Below, piece by piece: positions 1 through 11,489 of a stretch of DNA of 33,970 bases. How positions within the stretch are numbered: the stretch's first letter is position 1; every line of letters starts with the position of its first letter. The notes under the pieces are model-generated. The model saw only the letters and a program-made list of their open reading frames with translations, ran no database searches and had not been told where the DNA came from. Source of the DNA: Vitrella brassicaformis CCMP3155. Taxonomy: Eukaryota > Protista > Chromerida. The position numbers were made by a program, and so were the translations under genes. The DNA is taken from the NCBI GenBank assembly GCA_001179505.1, contig CDMY01000665.1, positions 1 through 33,970 of the forward strand. The letters are read 5' to 3'.

Positions 1-897
1 GCAGAAAAGGCCATGTGTGTCGGTAGTGGGGCTGTGAATGTTGTCCACGCAACTGCCTATGTCTCGCTCTGCGACTGACTGACTGAGTGACTGAGTGGGG
101 GGGCGAGGCGGGCACTAGTGTAGTGCTGCTCACGCGCGAGCAAAATATGGCTAGTCAGTCGGCGGATGGATTCCTGTCGTCATCAGTGTGGATCGCACGG
201 CTGCATTTGCGAGACGGCCATTAGTGGTGGGGTTAGTGATGGGTGTGGTCATGGGGCGGGTTTCTGCTTTCTTTTGTCCTTTCTCATCCGGGCGGGCACA
301 ATGTGTCGGTTCCTTCGGTTCCGTTTTGTTCGTTTCTCATACACAGACACACTTACACACAAACATGAACGCACCAGACATGTGCAGGCATATAATTATT
401 TCTTACATGCATACGGCTGAGTGAGTGGGGGAGCGGTGGAGAAGAGGGGAGACCACAAAATACATGGGTGTCTTAGTCAGGAGAGGGGTCCATGTCTGTG
501 TGATGTGGGTGTTTATGTCGGCAGTCAGCTCTGACACAGTTGTCTGTCTGCCAAGTCAGACAGTGAGCAGACCAAGGGCAAAGGGCGGCCTTTATGGCTC
601 AGTGAGGCGACAGACAGACCGACCGTTTTATGTGTGTGCCGATCGCCTTTTGTACGTCACATCTGCATGTGTGTGTGTAGGCGGAGTGGGTATGTTGTGT
701 GGTGTGGCCGACTGCCTGCCTGCCTGCTGGATTGTCAGAGTCTTGCCTTTCCCCGCCTTTTCACCTACTTGTCTGTCCGTCATGTGTGTGTATGCCGTGG
801 GCGCAGAGAGAGAGCGAGAGAGAGAGACGCAGTCACCCGATTGATTGATCGATTGATAAGATGGACGCATCATGGGACAAAGGACATGCAGAAAGAG
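1..897. repeat. ~0.9 kb segment that is an inverted copy of 11490-12428 (probably continues left of the window)
   Basis: Position 1 (gcagaaaaggccatgtgtgtcggtagtggggc) is the reverse complement of sequence ending at 12428. Similarity runs, with indels, to ggacatgcagaaagag (~897), matching ctctttctgcatgtcc (~11490). Confidence 0.95.
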
Positions 898-1190
898 TAT
901 CCTTCAATCGTCACGCACGCGAAAGAGGATGATGCATTGACAGCGAAGCAAACACCGGCTGATGGTCAAATGCCACCATCCATGAGTACCATCCGTGTGT
1001 AGATGACATGCATTCATCGGATTGATGAGGGTCATCAGCACGAAACGAACTGAAGCGGCCGTCCACAATCAATGCTCTCGCACAGCCCTCGCCCCCTCCC
1101 CTCTCCAAGTGACACTCACGCAATGCCGCAGACTATCTGGCAGGCAAGCAATCACAGCGAGGAAAGACATAAAAGGCGGAAGTGACTATA

Positions 1191-1727
1191 TCACTGGTTC
1201 ACCGCGGCAATCTCAGCACGTGCATTCTCATCGATGCCGGCACGCTCGAGAATCTCCTGCAAGAGCACCGATTTGTCGGCCACGTACCCGGCCATGTTGT
1301 CGTAGTAGCGCAGGGCGAGGCTGAGTTTCAGTTCGCCGTACCGTCGCCGCAGCTCGGGATCGTCACGAAGGGCATCCCTCACCGCGAGATGGTTGCGCAA
1401 GGCGAGGCACCCGTCGATCACCACATAAACGTTTCGCCGCGGCTCGTTGTCGAAGCAGCGCATCGCGTGTCGGTCGGGAATGCCCAACTCTCCCTCATAC
1501 AGGTAGCCGTGGGCTTCAAGCGCCGCGATGGCTGCGGCCAGCTGGCCGCGTCTGACAACCACATCGACGTCTATCACCGGTTTGGCTGGGAGGTCAACAA
1601 CCGCTGTGCTGCCGACGTGCTCGATGCCCACAATGTCGACGCCAGTCAGTGCGGACTCGAGTTGAGTGCGGATGAGAGCGAACCGCTGCTGCCAAGCGGC
1701 GTTGTAAGGCTCGACTTGGACTCTCAT
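1191..1727 (-). CDS. GrpB/UPF0157-family protein (nucleotidyltransferase-like fold), single coding exon, ~178 aa
   Basis: MRVQVEPYNAAWQQRF...IEHVGSTAVVDLPAKPVIDVDVVV...RNHLAVRDALRDDPELRRRYGELKLSLA...YVADKS carries the GrpB family motifs (HVGST, AKP-ID-D, H--RD-L, Y--LK). Start taken at ATG 1727; the upstream part of the listed ORF looks non-coding. Confidence 0.9.
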   Translation of the reverse strand: MRVQVEPYNAAWQQRFALIRTQLESALTGVDIVGIEHVGSTAVVDLPAKPVIDVDVVVRRGQLAAAIAALEAHGYLYEGELGIPDRHAMRCFDNEPRRNVYVVIDGCLALRNHLAVRDALRDDPELRRRYGELKLSLALRYYDNMAGYVADKSVLLQEILERAGIDENARAEIAAVNQ

Positions 1728-2147
1728 GAACGGACAGCGCAATTGGGACAGCGGGTGACTCGGCGACCGACAATGCCGTGCGTCCAATCGGGGAGCACGA
1801 AGCTGATGACACAAACAAACAGGACACAGCAACAAATCGTTTCTTTCAGGCAGATCTGGCTTTCGTGCGTTAACGGTCTTCCGCTTTAAGCTCGCAGGTT
1901 GGGGGGTCGAACGGATATGTACAAGCAGGCAGACGCTGTTATAAGTTGGCATGCAGCGGCAAGGGGCCGTGACACATCATGATGAAGAAAGAATGTCGTT
2001 CGGTCGCAATGGATCCGAAACGATGTGTGCCTTGCCGCACAGATCTAGAACAGTTGGGTGACGACAAGGCACAGCAATACACGCATCCACACGATCGTTC
2101 ACCGAGCCAGTCGGAGTCATGGTGCACTTCAACGATGCATGCATGTC

Positions 2148-4122
2148 CTATAGGTCTCTTTCATCGACTTTATCTAACTTCATCTCTGTCTGCATGTCTG
2201 TCATCGATGATCGGTATACTTGCCCTCTGTCGGATCCACCCATCCATCTGTCTACTTGCCCCCCGCCCTTGTCTGTGTCTGTCTGAGTGTTTTGTACCGC
2301 TTGACGGCCTGCTTGGCGGCATAGCACTCACGGGCGATGTACTTGTCGTATAGCTCACCCGGGTAGTCATTGGCCTCATTACTGATGGCACGACAGACAG
2401 ACAGAGACACATGCGTGGATGGATGGATGGATGGATGGGTGCCTCTCTTTCGTCTGTGTGTGTGTGTGTGTCTTCAGTGGGTACGCGAATGGGTCAGAGA
2501 GTTCCTGCGCGAGAGTGAGTATGCCGTTGTAGAGGAAGGGGATCACAAACACCAGCACCAGCTCAAGGGCAAACAGCTCCCAGTGGCCCTGCTGTGACAG
2601 GTACCTCGTTATCCGCATCGAGACCGCCAATGCGAAGACGATGTTATTCACCTTCACCTAAATACCGACACGCACACACGCACATACCTGTGAGCATAAC
2701 CGTGTCCATATGTCTCTCTCTCTCTCTCTCTCTTACTAGGAAGGCCATCATGTGGACGTATGCGAAAGGCAGAGGGGCGGCGAGCTGACGCAGAATGAAC
2801 GCGGCACCGTCCCGGCCATCAGACGCCGTCTGCATGCAATACATTCATGTGCATGTGTGTCGTGTGAGTCACATGAACATTGCCTGCCTCGTAGAGGAAC
2901 GTGGTGCCGCTGAGCCCGGTCAGTCGGCCCTTCTGGTCGAGCTCGCCGATGAGAGCCACCACCCACGCCCACACGCAACACGGCACGCGATAACAGACAT
3001 CGTCCAGCAGAAAGCCTGACCACACACACGGACAGGAAGAAGACACACCCGCACACACAAAGAAGAAAGAGAGAGAGCCGTCTGTCTGGAAATAGGGAGG
3101 TCTTTATGCGCAGTCACGGCTGTCTGTGTGTCTGGTGTGTGTGTGTGTACGGTATTCTGCCTCGGTGAGCAGGCCTCGCTTGACAAGGTCGTGGAACTGT
3201 CGGTCGCTACGCCGCACGAAAATGGACGCGAGAGACACTCGTCCGTATCGCACTATCCTGCACACACAAACACACAGGAAGAGAGGATGAGAGACAGAGA
3301 TTGTGAATGGATATGTAGAGGTGTGTGTGTACGTGTCAATGGTGCGTTCGTCTTCATAGGTGAGGTTGCCGTCGGTGTATGTGTGTATGTGCGACAGCAG
3401 CAGAAAGTTCAGCTTCGTGGTCGCATCGAAGATCTTCCCAATGCCCTCCACTCGCAACTCTTTCCTGCACCCGGACACATCGAACAATCATCTGCGTGTC
3501 TCGCTCTCCTTCCTCAAGCCTCAAGCCTCACCATTTGTCAATGACGCCTGAGGTATACAAACCAACGAGAAATCCGCTCAGTGCGCTCAGCCAAGTGGCC
3601 AAATTCTGATGATCGATGCCCACACACACACACATTGCACATGAAAGGTGAACCAATGGATGGTTGCAGCTGACCTGGACGGCGGTGGATTTCTTTTCGA
3701 CGGCGACCCATTCGTCAGGTATGGCGAGGTAGATGCCCACCACTGCAGCAACCAACAGGTAGTAGAACAGGGCCTCAATCCTGCGGACACACACAGAGAC
3801 GTACGGTCCGACAGACAGACAGACAGACAGACAGACAGAGCAAAAGAGGGAGAGAAATAAAAAGCAGTATCGAAGACAGACACAAAATCGACAGTGACAT
3901 AGAGCGAGAGAGGCAGCACCCGCCCACGCCTCCGTACCAAATCTGTTTGTACATCAGCACGCTGCCCCTCAGCTTGAGCACTCCAGCGAGCGAGTTCAGT
4001 TCTCTCAGGTTGTAGGGGCGGTGCTCGTCCACAATGTCTATCCACTCGCGCCGGTCCTCCCTAACATCCACCTCTACCACACCCTGCACACATTTACAGA
4101 CACACACGCAGTCACACACACG

Positions 4123-4156
<34 letters not shown>

Positions 4157-4447
4157 TTTAAACAGACACACAGGCACACACAGACAAGCAAACAGAGCAA
4201 ACAGACAGACAGACAGACAAGCAAACAGACAGACAAAGAGAGAGACGTCCTCACACGAGAGAGACCCCACACACAATCGGATTGCCACACACATGCTTGC
4301 CTTGTGTCTTTCGTCCACATATCCATCGTCGCCGCTCTGCTTTGAGCCCCAGAAGGGGAGCTGCCAGGCCGACTCCTGCTGAGCCACAAAACCCACGAGA
4401 GGTACCTGGCTCTCCTCGTCACGATCAACACCGCCAGCGGTAGCCAT
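2148..4447 (-). CDS. Bestrophin-family anion channel, multi-exon
   Basis: Spliced exons give ...LSALSGFLVGLYTSGVIDKWWKELR..., RYGRVSLASIF...LVKRGLLTEAE, VWAWVVALI, QLAAPLPFAYVHMMAFL and FLYNGILTLAQELSDPFANEANDYP, matching the bestrophin motifs (GF-V...RWW, P-P--Y, --NPFG-D-DD). Start ATG 4447, stop TAG 2150-2148. Intron 1 needs a GC donor. Confidence 0.85.
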
Positions 4448-4608
4448 GATGAAAGCCGATGGACAGAACGTTGCACAGAACTCTTTTGAGACGTGGGGCG
4501 CTGTGTGGGCCTCCCCGCCATCGCATGCATGCAAAATCATCGGTGAAACGAACTCTCTCCACCCTAGCCCACTTCAAGAAACCCATCGCAGTTTTATTGT
4601 GAGAGAAA
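4448..4608. promoter_or_regulatory. Putative compact bidirectional promoter between bestrophin and POC5, containing TGCATGCA at 4526-4533
   Basis: Only 161 bp separate the two inferred divergent start codons. The palindrome is read directly from the sequence. Confidence 0.45.
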
Positions 4609-7600
4609 ATGGATACTTCTTCTGCTGTTCCCATTCCCAAGCCCGGCTCCCCTCCCCCGGCCACTCGCGAGCCGCTCGCAGACCCGTTCGACCACCCGCA
4701 GCCACAAACACAGACAGAGCAGCGAGATGAACAGCCGCTTTCCGAGCGATTCGCCGCTGCGGCATCAGCCACGGCATCAGGTAGACCTACCCGTTCCACG
4801 CCGCGAGAAAAAACTCTCACGGATGGATGCATGGACGCATGGATGAGTGTCAACGGTGTTTGTGTGTGTTGTGTGGATTGTTGATCAGGTGGTACTGCTC
4901 CCGCTGCGCTCGTGCCTGGTGCGAACATTCCCCGGCTGACGAGCGATCTGGAGGCGGGGATGGGCACGTTTGGCGTGGCAGGCAGCAGCGCGAGCGAGAG
5001 CAGACACTGGAGCGAGGACGTCAACCTCTCGTCGTCCTCGGACGAGCTGTCGGCCAGCGGCAATGGCAGTGGGCTGCAGCAGCAGGAGCAGCCACAGGTA
5101 CGTACCTGCCCTCGCAGAGGAAGGTGAATACAATGGAATGCGTGGATGCACGTGTGTGTAGGCTGAGGACACCCAGCCGCCGGCAACGCAGCAGCAACAG
5201 CAGCGTCGTGAGCAGGGAGAGGAAGGTGCTGGCGCTGCTTTGGGTGCTGGTGTTGGTGGCGCATCGCTGGGCAGTGTTAGTGTTGGTGGTGAGGGTGGGG
5301 AGGCCGGCAGCTGCACGTCGTCGCGACTAGAGGAACTTCTGAAAGATGTACGCAGCGCATTGCAGACACGGTGGATTGATGGATGTGTGTGGATGTCTGT
5401 GTGGTGCAGAGCCCGCCGACCGAGAAGTTGCCCGACCGCCCCACTCCCCCTCTCCCATCGCTGCCATACCCACGGGTCATCGACCACCGACCACCTCCCA
5501 CTGCCACAGCCACTGGTAAGGGTAATGCGCTGTCCTGTGTGCTGCATGTGTGTGTGATGGGTGTGAATGTGTGTGCAGGGAAGAGCCAGCAGCCACCGAA
5601 GAAGGCGCCGGTGCCTCATCCCAGGACGGCTGCTGCTGCGGCCTCACACACGGGGGCGGGTGCTGGGGCGGGGAGAGGGGGTACGCACACATTGGCGCAC
5701 GGACAGATAGGCACATGGATGTGCAGACGATTGTGATGGTGTGTGTTGTAGGTGTGCGGGGTGTAGTGAGGGGTCGGCCGCTGAGTGCGTTCCCTTCGCC
5801 GACGGGCCAGACACGCGGACATCCTAAGGGCACTGCTGGGGGCAGGTACGCATTTGACGTGCTCTTGTGCACACGCACTCTTACACACACTCAGAGAGAA
5901 AGAGAGAGAGCAGAGAGATCGTCTTTCTGTGCTCAATCCATGTGTTTGTGTCTGCAGGGATGTGGGTGGTGGTGGTGCGGGGATGGGTATGGGTATGGGG
6001 TTGCATCAGTCTGTAAGTGCCGCTAGGGAGAGGGACACAGTTAGGGATAGTGGAGATACCGGAGTTGGTGCTGGAGGTGCTGGTGGTGGTGTGAGTGGTT
6101 CGGTGGACAGCAGCATTGCCATGGGTGAGCCGCCCACCTTCAGGGCCTCCGAGGTGAGCAAAGCCGTGTGGTCTGTCGAACAAGCCAACACCACCCAGCA
6201 ACAACAGCAGGTGATCCATGACACAGATATGACACACAACAACAATGGTGCATCCATCTCTCCCTCTCTCTCTCTGTGTGTGTGTCGATGTGTGCACGTA
6301 GGAGACCTCTGGTGGTGGTGCTGGTGTCGGTATGGGTGGTGGTGTTGGTGGTGCGCCGAGCCATCCGTATTTGAGTATGCGTAGTTTGATGGTTGGGGAC
6401 GGCGAACACCCGCCGGATGTCGACATACAGAGATACGCACTGCAGGTAAAACACCACCACACCATAAATGCGCTTGTGTGTGCATTTATGCGTGTTTGGT
6501 GATGGTACGTTGTTGTGCAGTTGGAGGGTTTCCTGACGGAGTTCAAGCAGCAGGCCCTTGAGGGATTCATCAACGCCAAAAAGAACGCTGAGGACTCACT
6601 ACGAGTATGTTGCCAAACACACACATCCATGTGTGGATCCCCCGGGTGTGTGTGTGTCTCTGTCAGTACACTCTCGACTCAGAGCGGCATCGTTTCAACT
6701 CCACCCTGCACACCAAAGAAAACGAGGTCAGTGTGTTGGCGTCGTATGTCTCCATGTGTCCGTATGTCTCTATGTGTCCGTATGTTCGCGTATGCTGTGT
6801 GCTCTGGTGATGTTGGTTGCAGATATGTGCGATGCGTCAGGTGCAGTCGACTGTGCAGCAGATGAACGACGTGCTGCACCACAGACTCAAGGTAAGTGGA
6901 GATGGCAGCCATCTCTCTCTCCATCTGTGTGTTGCTGCACTTGTGCGTGTTGACAGGGTGTGGTCAATCTGAGCCCCAAAGTGCGCGACGACGAACATAT
7001 GCGGGCCCTCAGGCAAGTGCACACGGATGCACACACACGATGCACACCGGCTACCTAACGACACTCTCTCTGTGTGTGTGTGTTGGATGATACACACCAC
7101 AGGAGCCGTTGCTGGGCTGCGTGGCGCGCATACGTCCAGATGAGCAAAGACACCCACCTGGTCGGTCGAGACACATACCCATCCACGTGTCTTTATACGT
7201 GTCTATGTGGTGGTTTGGGTGTGCAGAAGACCTCCCTGGCCAGTGCACTGTACCACAAGCGGCTGTGCATGTCGGTCTTCAGCAGCTGGCGGGGGCGGGC
7301 CAGCAGGTCGGCAATGGAGGTAAGCCAACCAGCCCCATTAGAACAAAATGCCTTCACTCGTGCGTCCTCATGTGTGCGATTGGGTGCAGAAAAAGCTGGC
7401 GGCGACCAAGGCGTCATCGGACATTGAGCGAAACCGCCTGTGTGCCCTTGTCAACCTGGTACACTGATACGCACACACTCAGATACAAATGAGTATGTGT
7501 CCATATGTGTCATTTGCTGTGTGTAGGAGAGGGACCGTCTCCAGGAAGAGCTGAAGCACACACAGGCCCAACTCAAGAGGGAGGTACGCAACCACATGCG

Positions 7601-8217
7601 GGCGCCTAGACACACACACGTGTGTCTGTGTGTCGTGTGTTTGTGTGTGTGTCAGGTGGACACTCGTGCGTTGCTCCAGGACAATCTGAAGCGCGTCTTT
7701 ATGCGGGGCGTGTAAGCCACACACACGTGTGCTGTGTCCATCCATCCATCCATCCATTCATTTATTTGTGTCTGTGTGACTCTCTGTCAGGTGTGCGTTG
7801 AACTTCGAGGCGATGAACATCCTCTCCAACCCAACAGCAGCAGCACAACCATCCCAGCAGCAGCAGCAGCAGCCGACCTCACCGTTCGCAGCGTTCAACA
7901 TGGTGCCTTCCGCTGCTGCTGCTGGTGGTGGGCACTTCTAAACACATACAGACAGACAGACAGACAGACACCCATCCATCCATCCGCCCGTGTGTGTGTC
8001 TGTTGTTTAGGTGTGGGTGTGAGTGGTGCGCAGAGTGCGCGCGAGTACCGCGGCTGGGGCGGCGGAGATAACCCCACCAATAGCAATGAAAGGGCGCCTT
8101 CTTTCCAGGTACATCGCATAGATCCCTAGCCTCCCCCCCTCCCCCCCACACACAGAGAGAGGGAGAGGCACCCAGGCGGCTTGTTCCTTCGACAGCACAC
8201 GTGTATGTCGACAGCAC

Positions 8218-8252
<35 letters not shown>

Positions 8253-8921
8253 ATAGGGCGATGACATGACCACATCCCACCAGACGATGAACATGCCTGC
8301 CGACGACGGCAATGTCACCGAGGGCGGCCACGAGTCCCTCGACATCCCAAACGAGCCACCACAGCCTTACAAATCTGACGAGCACGGCGCCGCTCTGGTG
8401 TAAGTTCTGCACAAACTTGATGGATTGGAGGACGGAGGGAGGGATGGATGTGTTGCACTCATTTGTGTGCAGACCCAAGAGTGCCACCACTGGTGGGTGG
8501 CGGAGTGTGGACCAGCTGCAGCACCACCAGCAGCAGCAGCCACAATACCATCACCCACACCACCAGCAGCACCACGCTGGTACTATGCACACACGCGTGT
8601 CTGTCTGAATGAGTGAGCACACAAGGCGGTGTGTGTGTGCCGACGCGTGTGTGCAGGTATGCCTCCGGTGGTCCGTGTGCAGTCGTCCCGCGTGACGAGT
8701 GCCGCTGTGGTCGGCCCGGCGGTGTCGTCGGTATGCCAATCCAACAGCTCACAGACCACCATACAACCCAACGCTGGTACGGCCGTCTACTCAGGAAAGT
8801 CATAGCCACCAACACGCGGCCGTCACCGGCTGTCTATATTTGTGTGTGCGTGTCAGATGTGGGAGGGCCGCAGCAGCGGACACAGACACAGACACAGCAC
8901 GGCAGATCGATCAGGAACTGA
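4609..8921 (+). CDS. POC5: Centrosomal/centriolar protein POC5 homolog, multi-exon
   Basis: Spliced C-terminal signature LLQDNLKRVFMRG|VCALNFEAMNIL (7670-7830) matches the POC5 motif KAFMRGVCALNLEAM. It is preceded by coiled-coil exons and Trp-containing centrin-binding-like repeats (RCWAAWR, SVFSSWR). The low-complexity N- and C-terminal exons are less certain. Confidence 0.82.
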
Positions 8922-9334
8922 CTCAGACACGCAATGCACGCAATGTACGATGGGTAGATCAGTGCCTGGGCGCATCATGACTGGGTGGCGAGTGGATGGA
9001 TGGATGGATGGATGGATGAGTGAGTGAGTGAGTGACCAGCAGCTTGGACGTCTGTGTGCGTTTCATTCACATTTGTGCGTACGTCTTCATTTCCTTTTCT
9101 CCTGGCCAGGCCCAATTGGCCAGGCCGCACTCGGCCACGACATCGACGCATGCACTTGTCCGCCGCCATGCGTCGCTTTTTAAGCGCCGTGAACATGCGG
9201 GATGTGGCAGTCATTAAACCGCCTCTTTGGATTTGCCTCGCTGCCGCTTCAGAGAATGACACCAAGCTCGCAGAGCCTCGCACTACTGGGATCTCAGTCA
9301 GGCGTGAAATCGCTTGCTGAGGGACAGGGTCAGG

Positions 9335-10771
9335 ATGATGGCTGCCGCCCGTGTTGGTGGAGACGAGCAGCATCTGTCGTGTGAGATCTGCACCAACGCC
9401 TACTCGAGCACCGGACGCCGGACGCCCCAAGTGCTCAGATGTGGTGAGGAGGGCAGTCAGTCACGGAAGGGGGAGGGCGAAGCAGCGCAACTTGTGAGTG
9501 CTGTCTGTCTGCCTGTCTGCCTGTCTGTCTGTCTGTCTGTCAGGCCACTCGTACTGCGCAGACGTGAGGGGTGGAGAAGGAACACTCGAATCGGGCAGAT
9601 CTGATGTGTGTATGGTGTGTGTGCAGTGTATTGGTGACCTCCGCCGTCATGCCGCCAACAACGTCATCACATGCGCAAACCGATGCGGGCAAGACACTCA
9701 AGATGACTCATGAGAGGACGACCTGTAACAGTGTGCCGTGTGTGTGATCGATAAGGGTGGCGACGCCAGCCGACCAAGAGGTACAGAAATGCTACCAGCT
9801 GACAAAAGCAGTGGAGGCAAAGGAGCAGCAAGGTGGACAGACAAACACACGAGTGAATGCGAAGCACCCTGCCCACCGATCCGTTTATGCGTGCAGAGCG
9901 TCAGCAGTTGGGTCTTCTGCACAAGTGCGCCACCGCCGCCCACTCACTGAGCCCGCCGGAGGTGGCGGTGGTGGTGCTGATGTGCGGCCTCTCACACGCA
10001 ATGGACACTCTGCCCAACATGCGCAGCCGTCTGCACGGCTACCTGAGGGTCAGTCAGATCCACACTCACAGACGCCACCAATGCGGTCCTTTCTGTGTGC
10101 TTATGGTCTGCAGTCGTCCATTGAGGGCAGTATGGTTAGCAGGCTGCACGAGATGTGCATCGCCAAGTGGATCAATGCGGGCAGCAAGTCACTCCGGCTG
10201 ATATACCAGTCAGTATGTCGCACATCGATAGCGTAGCCAAGAAGCCATCGCATATCTGTGTGTGTGTGTGTGTGTGTGTGCCATTCCCAGATCGTCGCGT
10301 GACGGGCCGTCGTATGGCGATCTGCTGCGGTGTGTGGGCGACACGAAGGGCCTGGTGTTCGTCATCCACAAGCCCCCATACACGTTCGGCGCCTTCATCA
10401 GTGCCGGCCTGCAGCTGCCCGACGACCCGACAGACGAGAACATCTACGGCTGCGATGGGTGGGAGTTCTCGCTGGCCGGCCACTTCTCCACACCCAAGAT
10501 CACCACGATGGAAGGCAGCCGGACAATGTTCGTGGCGGGGCGGGAGGGGACAGGGAATGGGGCGAAGCTGGAGATCGTTGGGTTCGGTGTGTGGCTGGGG
10601 TTGGGCTGTGAGGGTGGCGCTGCTGATGATATGCGCAGCTGCCATCACTTCATCCTCAGCGATTATCTGCCTGAGGGCTATGTGGGGGTGAGGGATGAGC
10701 ATGGCCTTGCTGTGTTTGGGGGCAGTCAGTTCTTCATGGCTGATGAAGTGGAAGTGCTTACTGTGGTGTGA
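9335..10771 (+). CDS. RING-finger + TLDc-domain protein, multi-exon
   Basis: RING: CEICTNAYSSTGRRTPQVLRC|GHSYCAD|CIGDLRRHAANNVITCANRC. TLDc: LRLIYQSSRDGPSY...LVFVIHKPPYTFGAFIS...FGGSQFFMADEVEVLTVV*. A continuous frame needs a GC-AG intron at 9689-9755. Confidence 0.78.
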
Positions 10772-10916
10772 GAGTGAGGCAGAGGTCAGATTGATTGAGG
10801 GCTGCATGGGCATGGCACGCTTTGATGGCAAATGAGTGTATGTGTGCTGCCTTTATCCATCTACGTCACGTTTTTTGGCCAATGGAACGTGTTCAGTGAG
10901 GGGTCAGTGAATGGGG

Positions 10917-11212
10917 TTGCGAAGCTGAGTCTCGCATCGCTCCGTGGCTGTGGTTGGGCTGTGGCGCTGCTGCTGACATGCGCAGCTGCCAACAGTTCAT
11001 CCCCAGCTGGGGGGTGCCTGAGGGCTATGTGGGGATGAGCAATGAGCATGGCCTTGCTGTGTTTGGGGGCAGTGCGACATTCATGGCTGAGGAAATAGAG
11101 GTGCTCACTGTGGTGTGAGAGTGACGCCTGAGAGATCAGATTGAATGAGACATGCATACAATTTCTCAACGTGGCACGCTTTGGTGTATATGTGTGTATA
11201 CTGCCTTTATCT
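10917..11212 (+). pseudogene. Degenerate tandem duplicate of the TLDc 3' end and 3' UTR
   Basis: Matches 10560-10860 (gcgaagctg...gagcatggccttgctgtgtttgggggcag...actgtggtgtgagagtga...ctgcctttatc). It encodes WLWLGC...DMRSC...EHGLAVFGGSATFMAEEIEVLTVV* but is frameshifted relative to the upstream AKL codons. Confidence 0.75.
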
Positions 11213-11489
11213 AGCTGTGCGAGGCTTTGTGTTTTTGGCCGTGTGCGTCAGACCAGAGCTGGGTGTTGTCTGTGGTGTCATGGGCCTCTGCTTGCAGTCT
11301 TGTTTTGCCTGCGGCCGTGTAGTGATGTGTCTGATGTGGTGACGCAGCCAGGCAGCGAGCTGGCCAGCTGGTTGACGATGGAACACTCATGAATGGCCCG
11401 ACCATTTTTGACAGTCATGGCTGGTCAGTGCTTCGTTGTAAATGCACCATCATGAGACATGGGTGTATGACGATTGACTGAACGACCCA

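Noticed and set aside
166-1123. Short ORFs in the left repeat arm and their mirror ORFs at 11450-12372
   Set aside because: No recognisable motifs. Frames are not conserved between the two arms, and the translations are dominated by microsatellite-derived VC/HT runs.
1182-1889. 235-aa + strand ORF
   Set aside because: Antisense shadow of the GrpB gene.
6740-8230. Short intronic tandem duplications (~18 nt at 6742-6785, ~19 nt at 8180-8217)
   Set aside because: Two-copy slippage products typical of these introns, with no sign of function.
9032-9330. Possible extra exon or ORF upstream of the RING gene
   Set aside because: No domain signal and a stop before the RING start. More likely 5' UTR or promoter.
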